Origin: Pyrinomonadaceae bacterium
GTDB taxonomy: Bacteria; Acidobacteriota; Blastocatellia; Pyrinomonadales; Pyrinomonadaceae
NCBI GenBank assembly: GCA_035472495.1
Contig: DATIPD010000006.1
Span: forward strand, 37,312-101,311
DNA: 64,000 bases
Direction of reading: 5' to 3'
Under the pieces are notes generated by a model. The model ran no database searches, had not been told where the DNA came from, and saw only the letters and a list, made by a program, of their open reading frames with translations. A program made the translations under genes and the position numbers. Positions 28,594 through 38,041 of this stretch are shown here, piece after piece (position 1 is the first letter of the stretch; each line of letters opens with the position of its first letter).

Positions 28594-29130
28594 TTACTCC
28601 AAACCGTAAACGCTCTCGCGCGGCAGTTCGATCTCCTCACCCCGCATGCGCGCGGCGGCGAGTTCGACGGCTTCGTATATTTTTATGTAGCCGGTGCAGC
28701 GACAAAGGTTTCCTGACAACGCTTCTTTGATTACTTCGCGCGAAGGATTTGGGTTCTTTTTCAGCAACTCCTCAGCGACCAGCAAAAACCCGGGCGAACA
28801 ATAACCACACTGCGCCGCGCCGGTGTCAGCAAATGTGTGCTGCAGTGGATGAAGCTCAGCGCCATTCGCCATTCCTTCGATCGTCTTTACTTCCTGTTCC
28901 GCCGCGTCGAGTCCCAGCATCAAACACGAAAGAATTGAGCGACCATTGACCAGCACTGCGCAGGTACCACACTCACCGAGTTCACAGCCGTGCTTGGTTC
29001 CGATCAAACCCAAATCTTCACGCAACACTTCGAGCAGAGTCTTATGCGGCGCGAAGGCTACCTCGGCGGCTTCGCCATTGAGCGTGAATTTGATGAGGGT
29101 CTTTTGTTTTTGCATTTCTTCCTGTGCCAT
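28594..29130 (-). CDS. [2Fe-2S]-binding small subunit of the molybdenum hydroxylase
   Basis: Two 2Fe-2S cysteine clusters (GCELGECGTCAV; CGYCSPGF...CRCTGY). Confidence 0.9.
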   Translation of the reverse strand: MAQEEMQKQKTLIKFTLNGEAAEVAFAPHKTLLEVLREDLGLIGTKHGCELGECGTCAVLVNGRSILSCLMLGLDAAEQEVKTIEGMANGAELHPLQHTFADTGAAQCGYCSPGFLLVAEELLKKNPNPSREVIKEALSGNLCRCTGYIKIYEAVELAAARMRGEEIELPRESVYGLE

Positions 29131-29138
29131 CCTAGCGA

Positions 29139-29447
29139 TTACGAAAGCCCCTCGCGAGTCTCTTGAAATTTCGCCAAGTCCCGGGCGCCATGAATGACTG
29201 CAAGCACTTCAAGTCGATTGTCACCGATCCGATAGATTAGTCGATAGTGTTGATACAACACTTCACGAACGTTCTCGTCATTCTTTTCGGGAGCAACGCG
29301 ACCCGCATTAGGGTATTTTGCTACTCCTTCCGCAGCCAGAATAAGTTGTTGCACGAAACCGCTGGCATACACGTCAGAGTCTCTAGCTATGTAGGCGTAC
29401 AATTCGCGAAGGTCTTCAACGGCGGGTTCGGTCCAGACTATCTTCAT
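29139..29447 (-). CDS. RelE/ParE-family type II toxin
   Basis: 102 aa with a ParE-like pattern (W...A..DL..I..YI, YRLIYRI...LEVLAVIHGARD). Confidence 0.8.
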   Translation of the reverse strand: MKIVWTEPAVEDLRELYAYIARDSDVYASGFVQQLILAAEGVAKYPNAGRVAPEKNDENVREVLYQHYRLIYRIGDNRLEVLAVIHGARDLAKFQETREGLS

Positions 29448-29623
29448 TCGCGTGCAAAGAGCTCTTTCACTTCGTCGTGGGGAACAGTGCGGCTCTCATC
29501 AGCGGCCTTAATACCTTCCTCAATCTTTCGCTTAACGTATAGCCGATACATGATGTCTTCCCAGGTTGCGTCCTCAGGAAGCCGGGAAATCAACTGTAGG
29601 GCTTCGTCTTTGGTGGTACTCAT
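29444..29623 (-). CDS. type II antitoxin partner of the ParE-like toxin (59 aa, below the ORF-track cutoff)
   Basis: Hand-translated as MSTTKDEALQLISRLPEDATWEDIMYRLYVKRKIEEGIKAADESRTVPHDEVKELFARE. Its TGA overlaps the toxin ATG (ATGA). Confidence 0.6.
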   Translation of the reverse strand: MSTTKDEALQLISRLPEDATWEDIMYRLYVKRKIEEGIKAADESRTVPHDEVKELFARE

Positions 29624-29678
29624 AAAGCGTATCTACTGCTCCAAAGTGACAAGAAAAATATAGCATAAACAACTCCGC

Positions 29679-30560
29679 TTACGCCTTTGCACTTCCCGCG
29701 TCCTTCTTGACCTTATTCAACATGATGTTGTCGATCAGACGCGTTTTGCCCACAAATGCCGCAACGGCAATTAACACCTGGCGGTCGTCGATCTTGTCTA
29801 ACTTCTCGAGCGTGTCGGCATCTACGAGACTAACGTAATCCAGCCGCACTCTCGGCTCAGTCTCAATCGTTGTACGGATGACATCGGCGAGCTTGGCGGC
29901 GTGACGCTCACCGCCCTTGTAAGTCTCTTTTGCTTTTTTTAACGCACGATGAATGATCGCGGCCGACTCTTTTTCTTCGTCATCGAGGTAAAGATTCCGC
30001 GAAGAAATTGCCAGCCCGGAATCTTCGCGAACTGTCGGCAAAACGACAATCTCGGTATCAAACGCGAGGTCGCGCACCATGCGTTTTATGATCAGGGCTT
30101 GCTGGGCGTCTTTCTGTCCGAAGAACGCGAAGTCGGGTCGGATCGCGTTGAGCAGGATTGCAACGATGGTGACGACTCCGCGAAAGTGTCCCGGCCGCGA
30201 CTCGCCCTCCAGCAACTTGGAAAGTCCGCCGACGTTTACGTAAGTGGAAAAATCTTTCGGGTAAATCTCTTCCGGGTTGGGTGCGAAAATGTAATCGACG
30301 TTGTAGTCGGTCAACAGGGCAGTGTCTTTAGTGAGATTGCGCGGATAGTGTTCGTAGTCTTCGCTTGGTCCAAATTGAGTTGGATTCACGAATACTGAAA
30401 CGACGACGACATCGCACATGCGGCGAGCTTCGCGCACCAGACTCAGGTGGCCCTCATGCAGCGCCCCCATTGTTGGCACCAGCCCAATTGTTTTGTCCTG
30501 CTCGCGGCGAATTTTGCGCGACACCGAAGTCATTCGCTGCCGCCGATTGATAATTTCCAT
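29679..30560 (-). CDS. panC: pantoate--beta-alanine ligase
   Basis: GLVPTMGALHEGHLSLV and GHFRGV motifs. Confidence 0.9.
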   Translation of the reverse strand: MEIINRRQRMTSVSRKIRREQDKTIGLVPTMGALHEGHLSLVREARRMCDVVVVSVFVNPTQFGPSEDYEHYPRNLTKDTALLTDYNVDYIFAPNPEEIYPKDFSTYVNVGGLSKLLEGESRPGHFRGVVTIVAILLNAIRPDFAFFGQKDAQQALIIKRMVRDLAFDTEIVVLPTVREDSGLAISSRNLYLDDEEKESAAIIHRALKKAKETYKGGERHAAKLADVIRTTIETEPRVRLDYVSLVDADTLEKLDKIDDRQVLIAVAAFVGKTRLIDNIMLNKVKKDAGSAKA

Positions 30561-30564
30561 GACT

Positions 30565-30713
30565 AGTGAATAGTGAAATGTGAAAAGTGAAGAGTTTACG
30601 CCGTTCCTCGGAAGCGTCGTTCGGAAACTCGTATTGGAAAGAGTGATTGGTGAGTTGCCAGCACGGAGTCGTTATCCATGAACTCTTCACTATTTACCAT
30701 TTACTTTTTACTG
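30565..30713. repeat. Fam-H (AGTGAA-type) inverted repeat
   Basis: Arm AGTGAATAGTGAAATGTGAAAAGTGAAGAGTT and inverted arm AACTCTTCACTATTTACCATTTACTTTTTACT, about 85 nt apart. The right arm covers the last codons and the stop of panB. Confidence 0.65.
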
Positions 30714-31576
30714 TTCTTCCCCATTTCAAGTTCTTCTGCGGCCTCCGCCGGTAGCGCATACGACTCATTTTCGGAAGGATAGCTACCATTGCGCACGTCC
30801 TCAGCATAACGGCTGACAGCATCCGTCATCACCTGATGCAGGTTAGCGTAAGGACGAACAAAGCGCGCGAGTTTGCCAAACGACAAACCAAGCATATCGT
30901 GTAACACCAGCACTTGAATGTCGCAGCCCGCCCCGGCGCCAATGCCAATCGTGGGAATGCTGATGCTCTCAGTTATCAAACTCGCAATTTCACGCGGCAC
31001 CACTTCCAACACAATCGCAAACGCGCCCGCATCCTCGAGCGCGCGCGCATCGTCTAACAACTGACGCGCGGCTGCCGCAGTCTTGCCCTGGACACGATAC
31101 GCGCCGAGTTTATTGATCGACTGTGGCGTCAAACCGATGTGGCCCATCACCGCAATTTCTTCGTCGACCAGTCGCTTCACCAGTTGCACGCGTTTGTGAC
31201 CGCCCTCGAGTTTGATCGCCTCAGCGCCGCCTTCTTTGACCAGGCGCAATGCGTTCCTAACCGCGTCGTCAGCCCCGGTGTGAAATGAACCGTATGGCAT
31301 GTCGGCAACCAGTAGTGCCCGCTGCACCGCGCGCCGCACCGCCTTCAAGTGAATCAGAATCTCTTCCAGCGTTACCGGCACAGTATTGCCGTAGCCAAGC
31401 ACGACGTTACCGAGGCTGTCGCCAACGAGGATGATGTCGATGCCCGCCTCGTCAACAATCCGCGCGCTAGGAAAGTCGTATGCCGTCAGGCAAACGAGCT
31501 TTTCTCCGCGTTGTTTGCTGGCTTTCAGTGACGGGGCGTTTACTTTTTCGGGACGTTCAGGTTTGAGATATGGCAT
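30701..31576 (-). CDS. panB: 3-methyl-2-oxobutanoate hydroxymethyltransferase
   Basis: LTAYD, VGDSLG and KLEGG motifs. Confidence 0.9.
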   Translation of the reverse strand: MPYLKPERPEKVNAPSLKASKQRGEKLVCLTAYDFPSARIVDEAGIDIILVGDSLGNVVLGYGNTVPVTLEEILIHLKAVRRAVQRALLVADMPYGSFHTGADDAVRNALRLVKEGGAEAIKLEGGHKRVQLVKRLVDEEIAVMGHIGLTPQSINKLGAYRVQGKTAAAARQLLDDARALEDAGAFAIVLEVVPREIASLITESISIPTIGIGAGAGCDIQVLVLHDMLGLSFGKLARFVRPYANLHQVMTDAVSRYAEDVRNGSYPSENESYALPAEAAEELEMGKNSKK

Positions 31577-31815
31577 AGCTAGCCCTCATTACACGGCCGT
31601 CTTGACCAGGTTGCGCCGCATTTGATCAGGGAAGTTTTCTGATGTCCAAGGGTGTTTGCAAGTGGGGGTCATTATAGGGCGACCCGTTCCGGGTAGCAAC
31701 CAGTTGGTCTGGAGTCACGGAAATGAGAAATTCCGACTATTCTCGCCTGGATCCGGAAGGTGCACACGAGACTCCGGTGCGGAAGGCGTTCAATCTGGGA
31801 TTGTGATGCGACAGT

Positions 31816-34059
31816 TCACTTGAGATTTTGCAGGAGAATAATTTCCTGCATGTTTGCACCCCGCGTGTACGCAAGGCCGCTACCGTCGAATGACCAACCG
31901 AGCTGATGAACTTGAACGTCTTCAAAGCCTTTGATTGGTTGTGGCCCCTTCTCGTCGAGTCGTTGTCGCCAAAGGCCCTGAATCGAATCTTTATAGATCA
32001 GCGCGGTACCGTCCGGCGTCCAGCGCATTTGCTTGGCAAGATTAGTCGGCGGTCTTTGCGGAAGCGGAAATACCTTCTCGGGTTCTCCGCCGGTGAAGGG
32101 AATGATCGCTATGTGAAGTGGAACCGAGTGGGAAGATTCCAGGTAAGCGATTTGTTTTCCATCGGGCGAGACTTGGGGCCCGGTCGAGAAATTTAGTGTG
32201 AGTTGAGTTGAGTGCTCACCGTCAATCGACATACGCCAGAGCGTAGAGGTCCCTAATCGATCAGAAACGTAAAGAATCCACTTACTGTCCGGCGAAACGG
32301 AAGGTTGAGAATTGTTGCCGTTGTTCTGAGTTAACTGTTTAGGCGCGCTCCCGTCCCTGTTCGCTCGCCAGATTTCAAACCGACCTGAACGATTGGACTG
32401 AAATACTATGTAGCGATTATCGCGGGTAACGTTGATTTGACGATCGATAGAGTCTGAATTACCGCTGGTGAGTTGCCGGCGATTACTCCCATCGCTGTTC
32501 ATCTCCCAGATGGCGATGGCATCTCCCACGTATGCCGAATAGAGGAGATGTCCTTCGGGGGTCCAGGTAAGTCCGTCAACCCCTTCATATCTGGGAGCGA
32601 TGCCCTGTAGCACAAGGCGCGTTCGCTGGGGGTCGCCGTCAGGCGCCTGCCAAATCTCGGATTCCATGTGGCCCTGCAAGACTGCCAGTATGCCGTTAGA
32701 CGATAGGCTCAAAGTGTCGATCAGATACTGATTTAGGTCGTTGGTAATTTTCCGCGGCTCGCCGGCCGGGTAAGGTACGAACCATATCTCGCTTCTTCTG
32801 GCAGTCTGGCTGTTTCGCGCTGTCAAGAGCAGGCCGCTGCCATCTGCCTGCCATGCCAGATTGCCCACGGCGCCCCAATCTTGACCACTGATTTTCCTGA
32901 TGTCGCCATCAGCCACGGCGACCGCAAGTATTTCACTGCGCCGATCGTTTGCTTTGTTGGCTGCGACAGCGATGGAAAGTCCGTCGGGTGACCATGATAG
33001 ACCGCTGCTTGAAAAAGTTTCGGGCCGTTTTCGCGTGACGAGTGTGCGCTCGTTCTTGCCGTCTCTGCTATCGGCGATGATGATTGATGTCTCTTCGCCG
33101 TCGCGCCGAAGAAAGGCAAGCTGCTTTCCATCCGGAGAGAAAGTGACCGCACTGTCTACGTGCGACAGCAACTCGCTCATTATTCCGCCCACAATCGGCA
33201 TGCGCACCAGTTTGGTTGCAGAATCGGCAAACAGACCCTCGGTGAGATAGACGCTTTGGCCGTCAGGCGAAAACGTTAGTCCGTTATAGCTACGATCAGA
33301 CTGCTCGGCGATCAACACGCTGCTGTTGCTTTCGATCTGCCCTAACCATAATGACTCTTTGTCACCGATGCGCTGCCGGTAAACGACTGATTTGCCATCA
33401 GGCGAAATCGCCACTCGAAAAGGCACGCCGCCCTGCGTGGCAAATCGGCTGATGGCGACTCTGGCCCACGGGAGCGGCGCCGCTGATGTGTGATTGAGGG
33501 TCCTTGTCCAAACGCTTAAGCCTGCGATTGCCAGCACCGCGGAGCAGGTAATAAGCAGGATCAGCAGCGGCGAATTCAGTCGCTCTACTGCCCTGGCGAT
33601 CTGTGCAGCGAACGACACGAGCGGTGACTCAGTCTCTTCCTGTTCCACGGTGACTCGCGCGAAAGTTTCACGCTCGACTGTCAAACTCTCATCAAACTGG
33701 TGAACATCTGCCGTGAATCGGTAACCGCGTCCTGAGACTGTGGTGATGTAACGAGGATGGCTGGCTCGTTCGCCGAGCGCACGCCTAATCGTTGACATGT
33801 TCACTGTCAGGTTCGACTCTTCAACGATTTGATCCGGCCACACGAGTGCGAATAGCTCGTCTTTGGTCAGCAACCGGCCACGGTTGCGAATCAACACCAG
33901 CAGCATCTCAAACGCTTTTCCGTGCAGCGGGATTACCTTGCCATAGCGTACGAGTCTGCGGTCGTCAGGTTCAAGCTGGAAGTCGTCGAACTCGTAAGTC
34001 AGATGCGTTTGGACCGTCATTATCGACCTGCGGATTATTTCGGAAAATTCCTGGCCCAA
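31816..34059 (-). CDS. CadC/OmpR-type winged-helix regulator fused to a TM helix and TolB-like beta-propeller repeats
   Basis: N-terminal wHTH (LTKDELFALVWPDQIVEESNLTVNMSTIRRAL), one TM helix, then repeated FSPDG/SPDGK propeller blades. Confidence 0.75.
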   Translation of the reverse strand: MGQEFSEIIRRSIMTVQTHLTYEFDDFQLEPDDRRLVRYGKVIPLHGKAFEMLLVLIRNRGRLLTKDELFALVWPDQIVEESNLTVNMSTIRRALGERASHPRYITTVSGRGYRFTADVHQFDESLTVERETFARVTVEQEETESPLVSFAAQIARAVERLNSPLLILLITCSAVLAIAGLSVWTRTLNHTSAAPLPWARVAISRFATQGGVPFRVAISPDGKSVVYRQRIGDKESLWLGQIESNSSVLIAEQSDRSYNGLTFSPDGQSVYLTEGLFADSATKLVRMPIVGGIMSELLSHVDSAVTFSPDGKQLAFLRRDGEETSIIIADSRDGKNERTLVTRKRPETFSSSGLSWSPDGLSIAVAANKANDRRSEILAVAVADGDIRKISGQDWGAVGNLAWQADGSGLLLTARNSQTARRSEIWFVPYPAGEPRKITNDLNQYLIDTLSLSSNGILAVLQGHMESEIWQAPDGDPQRTRLVLQGIAPRYEGVDGLTWTPEGHLLYSAYVGDAIAIWEMNSDGSNRRQLTSGNSDSIDRQINVTRDNRYIVFQSNRSGRFEIWRANRDGSAPKQLTQNNGNNSQPSVSPDSKWILYVSDRLGTSTLWRMSIDGEHSTQLTLNFSTGPQVSPDGKQIAYLESSHSVPLHIAIIPFTGGEPEKVFPLPQRPPTNLAKQMRWTPDGTALIYKDSIQGLWRQRLDEKGPQPIKGFEDVQVHQLGWSFDGSGLAYTRGANMQEIILLQNLK

Positions 34060-34198
34060 TTAAAGATTTTCGGAGTGCTCTGGGCAGAAACTCTCGGCCA
34101 TTCAGGACCGCAAAATCTCCAGGCACAAGGTTTTTGGGGGATGTGACCTGGATTTTAACCCAGGCAGGAAAGAGGCCCCAAGACTTTTCGGGTTAGCC

Positions 34199-34456
34199 GT
34201 GAGACGCAAGAAAAAAACAACAATCACCTTCGAGTCGCGCGAGCGAACGACTATTCGGCACGGTGTCTTACCAGCGACTGCCTGGTGCGAATGGTGTCGA
34301 GCCGACGTTTTGCCGCTCTCGCCCAACGAAGCGGCGGCGCTTGCAGGGAGCGATATGCGCGCCATCCTTCGCGGCATTGAAGTAGGCCGCATTCATTTGA
34401 TTGAAGGCGACGAAAAAGGATTGCGGGTCTGCAGCCAGTCGATTCTTCGAAAGTAG
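34199..34456 (+). CDS. small hypothetical protein (CxxC plus HTH-like segment)
   Basis: 85-aa ORF with WCEWC and a helix-rich LSPNEAAALAGSDMRAILRGIEVGRIHL segment. Lies directly upstream of the beta-helix gene. Confidence 0.35.
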   Translation: MRRKKKTTITFESRERTTIRHGVLPATAWCEWCRADVLPLSPNEAAALAGSDMRAILRGIEVGRIHLIEGDEKGLRVCSQSILRK

Positions 34457-34480
34457 ACGCAAGCATTAAGAGAGGTTGTC

Positions 34481-37369
34481 ATGAAATTCAGAACGAACCG
34501 CATAGGAAAGCTGATCATCCTTTTCGCGCTGTCGATAGCGTGGCTAATACTGCCGCACGAAGTCCGTCGCGCAATCCAGCCAACCGCGCTCGCCGCTGCC
34601 ACAACCTTTACGGTGAACGTTACCGGTGACGGCCAGGATGCGAACCCAGGCGACGGGATTTGTCAGACTAACGTTGCCGGCAATTGTTCGCTGCGCGCCG
34701 CGATTGGAGAGGCAAATGCCAATTCAGGCAAGGACACGATCAACTTCAATATTCCCGGCGCGGGCGTACACACCATCAGTCCGAATACTCCGCTGCCTGC
34801 AATTACTCAGGGCGTGATCATCGACGGTTACAGCCAGCCGGGTGCGAGTCCAAACACTCTTCCCAGTAGTGACAACGCGGTGCTGCTGATTGAGTTGAGC
34901 GGAGCCAATATTGCGCCCGACCCCAACGGAGGGGAGAACGGACTAGAAATACTTGACGGCAACGGAACAACGATTCAGGGACTGGTGGTGAACAGCTTTG
35001 TCACCGTTGGAATTGGCGTGGAATCCGGCGCTGGACGCTCAAGCGAAACCACGATCCAGGGTAACTTCATTGGTACCGATCCTACCGGCAACCTCGCGCG
35101 GCCAAACCGCGTGGACGGAGTTTTTCTGAGTGGGAGCCTTGGCGTACAAAGCAACAACAGGGTTGGCGGCAGCACGCCCGCGGCGCGCAACGTCATATCT
35201 GGAAACGGAGACGGCCAGGCGCCACTTCTTCCGGCTGACGGCATTTTCATTGAAGGCGGTGGCCCCACTTTTGTTGAGAACAATTTCGTTGGCCTCAACG
35301 CGGCCGGGACTGCGGCCCTGCCCAACGAGGGTGATGGAGTACATGCTACTTTCTCAATCGGTGCAATCATTGGTGGCAGCGTCGCGGCGCGCAATATTAT
35401 TTCCGGCAACGGCGGTAACGGCATTTTCTTCGGCGGAGGAAACGAAGGCCACAACTTGGTGCAACAGAATTTTATCGGCACGAATCCTGACGGCACAGCG
35501 GCAATTCCTAACGCTCGGGCCGGTGTTCAGCTTAACGGCTTAACCGATGTTATCGGCAGCCCAAACGCCGGCAATCTGATCTCAGGAAACGGCGAACACG
35601 GGGTCTTTATAGATGGGGGCGAAAGCAATCAGGTTCAGGGTAACTATATCGGCACTGATTTAACCGGCACCACACCGCTGGGCAACACACTGTCCGGCGT
35701 GTCCTTAGCCGACTCCGCGAACGGCAATACGATTGGAGGCGCGATTGGTCTTGGAAATACTATTGCATTCAACGGCGATCGCGGAGTCAACGTTACCGGC
35801 GCTGACACTATCAGCAATGCCATTCTTACGAATTCGATGTTTTCAAACGGCAACCTCGGAATTGATTTGGGCGGCGCCGGGGTGACGCAGAATGATCCCG
35901 CCGACGGCGACGCAGGTCCCAACAATCTGCAGAATTTTCCAGTGCTGAATTCCGCTATCACGAGCAGCGCGACCACAATTGTAAATGGCAGCATAGACGG
36001 CACGCCCAACACCGCTATCACGGTTCAATTCTTCACCAACGCGACCTGCGACCCGTCCGGAAACGGCGAAGGTCAAACGTTTGTCGGCTCTATAAACAAA
36101 ATGACGGGCGCTGACGGGCACTTCATGTTTTCAAGCACGATGATGACAAACGTCGCTGCCGGACAGTTCATCACAACCACCGCGACCGATTCCGGCAACA
36201 ACACTTCAGAGTTTTCTCAATGTGTTCAGGTCACCGGCTCGTCTTCGAGCAAGCTTCAACTCGGCCAATCCTTCTACAGCGTTTTTGAGGATTGCACGGC
36301 CTTGACGATCACCGTCGCGCGCACGGGCGATACTGCCAACGCCGCGTCGGTTGATTACGCGAGTCAACCAGGAACAGCCAGTGATCATTCTGACTTCAAT
36401 ACGGCGGTCGGCACGCTCAACTTCGCTCCAGGCGAGACTGCAAAATCTTTCGATGTGCTAATCACCGAAGACTCTTTCGTCGAACCAACCGAGTCGTTCA
36501 CTGTTGCGCTCTCCAATTCTTCTGGCGCCACCCTTGGATCACCGGCGACTGCGACCGTACAGATCTTCGATGACTCGCCCGAATCCTCCGGCAATCCGAT
36601 CGACGCAGCCGACGATTTTGTCTGCCAGCACTATCACGACTTTCTAAACCGCGAAGATGATTCAGCTGGTCTCGACTTCTGGGCCAATCAGATCGAGGCG
36701 TGCGGCAACGATGTGCAGTGTCGCGAGGCGAAGCGAGTTAGTGTCAGCGCGGCGTTCTTCCTGTCGATTGAGTTTCAGGAGACAGGCGGTTTTGCTATTC
36801 GCGTTCAGCGCGCGGCTTTCGGAAAGAAGTCTGACGATGCTACAAAGCGACTTAATTACCTGGAGTTCATCCACGACGCACGTTTTGTTGGTGATGGTGT
36901 GGTGGTTGGCCAGCCGGGCTTCGCTGCGCACCTCGAAGCGAACAAGCAGGCCTACATCAATCAGATCGTTGCGTCGGCGGCTTTCACGTCGGGTTATCCG
37001 ACAACGATGACGGCTGCTCAATATGTCGATGCATTATTTTCTTCGGCCGCAGTGACACCGACGGCATCCGATCGTCAGGCCGCAATCAATGCATTCGCTG
37101 GTGGCGGAACGGCGGGTCGTGGAGCTGCGCTGCGGTCTGTTTCCGATTCAAATTCACTGCGTACCGCCGAGTTCAGCCCCTCGTTTGTGCTGATGCAATA
37201 CTTCGGTTACCTCCGCCGCAACCCGACTGACGCGCCGGACAACAACGACAACGGCTACCAGTTTTGGCTCACAAAGCTCAACAACTTCAACGGCGATTTT
37301 CAGAAGGCGGAGATGGTAAAGGCTTTTATCCTGTCTGGGGAATATCGCTCGCGGTTTGGTACGCCGTAA
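34481..37369 (+). CDS. large secreted parallel beta-helix protein with Calx-beta-like and DUF4214 domains
   Basis: 962 aa with a signal peptide and many N(V/I)ISGNG / G..I.GN.IG coils. Also a Calx-beta-like FAPGETAKSFDVLITEDSFVEPTESF segment and a C-terminal DFLNREDDSAGLDFWANQI (DUF4214). Confidence 0.7.
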   Translation: MKFRTNRIGKLIILFALSIAWLILPHEVRRAIQPTALAAATTFTVNVTGDGQDANPGDGICQTNVAGNCSLRAAIGEANANSGKDTINFNIPGAGVHTISPNTPLPAITQGVIIDGYSQPGASPNTLPSSDNAVLLIELSGANIAPDPNGGENGLEILDGNGTTIQGLVVNSFVTVGIGVESGAGRSSETTIQGNFIGTDPTGNLARPNRVDGVFLSGSLGVQSNNRVGGSTPAARNVISGNGDGQAPLLPADGIFIEGGGPTFVENNFVGLNAAGTAALPNEGDGVHATFSIGAIIGGSVAARNIISGNGGNGIFFGGGNEGHNLVQQNFIGTNPDGTAAIPNARAGVQLNGLTDVIGSPNAGNLISGNGEHGVFIDGGESNQVQGNYIGTDLTGTTPLGNTLSGVSLADSANGNTIGGAIGLGNTIAFNGDRGVNVTGADTISNAILTNSMFSNGNLGIDLGGAGVTQNDPADGDAGPNNLQNFPVLNSAITSSATTIVNGSIDGTPNTAITVQFFTNATCDPSGNGEGQTFVGSINKMTGADGHFMFSSTMMTNVAAGQFITTTATDSGNNTSEFSQCVQVTGSSSSKLQLGQSFYSVFEDCTALTITVARTGDTANAASVDYASQPGTASDHSDFNTAVGTLNFAPGETAKSFDVLITEDSFVEPTESFTVALSNSSGATLGSPATATVQIFDDSPESSGNPIDAADDFVCQHYHDFLNREDDSAGLDFWANQIEACGNDVQCREAKRVSVSAAFFLSIEFQETGGFAIRVQRAAFGKKSDDATKRLNYLEFIHDARFVGDGVVVGQPGFAAHLEANKQAYINQIVASAAFTSGYPTTMTAAQYVDALFSSAAVTPTASDRQAAINAFAGGGTAGRGAALRSVSDSNSLRTAEFSPSFVLMQYFGYLRRNPTDAPDNNDNGYQFWLTKLNNFNGDFQKAEMVKAFILSGEYRSRFGTP

Positions 37370-37392
37370 TCGCCATGCAGAGAGACGTACGC

Positions 37393-37899
37393 TTAACAGT
37401 CTGCCGGCAGCCAGAGTCTCACTTCGGATTTATCGGTGGATTCATGAAGTAACTCGATAATCGTTCGACGAAGGACGGGGTGCTGTGAGCGTGGGCAGAG
37501 TTCAGCAAGTGGCACGAGCACAAAGCGACGGTTATGAAACCGTGGATGAGGCAAGGTGAGAAGCTCGCTGGCCCTGATTTGCTGGCCGTAGAGAAGCAGA
37601 TCGAGGTCGATTGTCCGCGGACCATTCGGTGAATCTCGAGTGCGCCCCAACGAGTTTTCCACGCGTAGCAGGCGCCTCATCATTTCCTCAGCTCCGCAGG
37701 ATTCATCGATCCTTAACTCTGCAACCATGTTAAGAAACAGTGGCTGTGGGGGAAACGTTTCCACCGGCTCAGTTTCATAGATTTGCGATAGTCGACTAAC
37801 TTTGAGTCCAGCGTCGAGCATGCCACTGACGCCGAGCAGAAGATTACCCGCGCGGTCGCCGAGGTTAGAGCCGAGGCTGATGTAAGCAAAGGCTGGCAT
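37393..37899 (-). CDS. folK: 2-amino-4-hydroxy-6-hydroxymethyldihydropteridine diphosphokinase
   Basis: AYISLGSNLGDR and IDLDLL motifs. The start is moved to M8 (37899) because the first 7 track codons fall in a Fam-G repeat arm. Confidence 0.85.
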   Translation of the reverse strand: MPAFAYISLGSNLGDRAGNLLLGVSGMLDAGLKVSRLSQIYETEPVETFPPQPLFLNMVAELRIDESCGAEEMMRRLLRVENSLGRTRDSPNGPRTIDLDLLLYGQQIRASELLTLPHPRFHNRRFVLVPLAELCPRSQHPVLRRTIIELLHESTDKSEVRLWLPADC

Positions 37900-37907
37900 C
37901 GAGTAAG

Positions 37908-38036
37908 CAGTAATCAGCAATCAGAAATCAGCAGTCAGCGATCAGCAATCAGCAAGAATACGTTCGCGGCCGGAGAAATATCCATTCTATACTGAGACAT
38001 CCTCCAACTGATTGCTGATTGCTGATTGCTGACTGC
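37908..38036. repeat. Fam-G (AATCAGC-type) inverted repeat
   Basis: Arm of tandem (A/G)ATCAGC units and inverted arm CTGATTGCTGATTGCTGATTGCTGACTGC, in the divergent folK/membrane-gene spacer. Confidence 0.7.
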
Positions 38037-38041
38037 CACCA

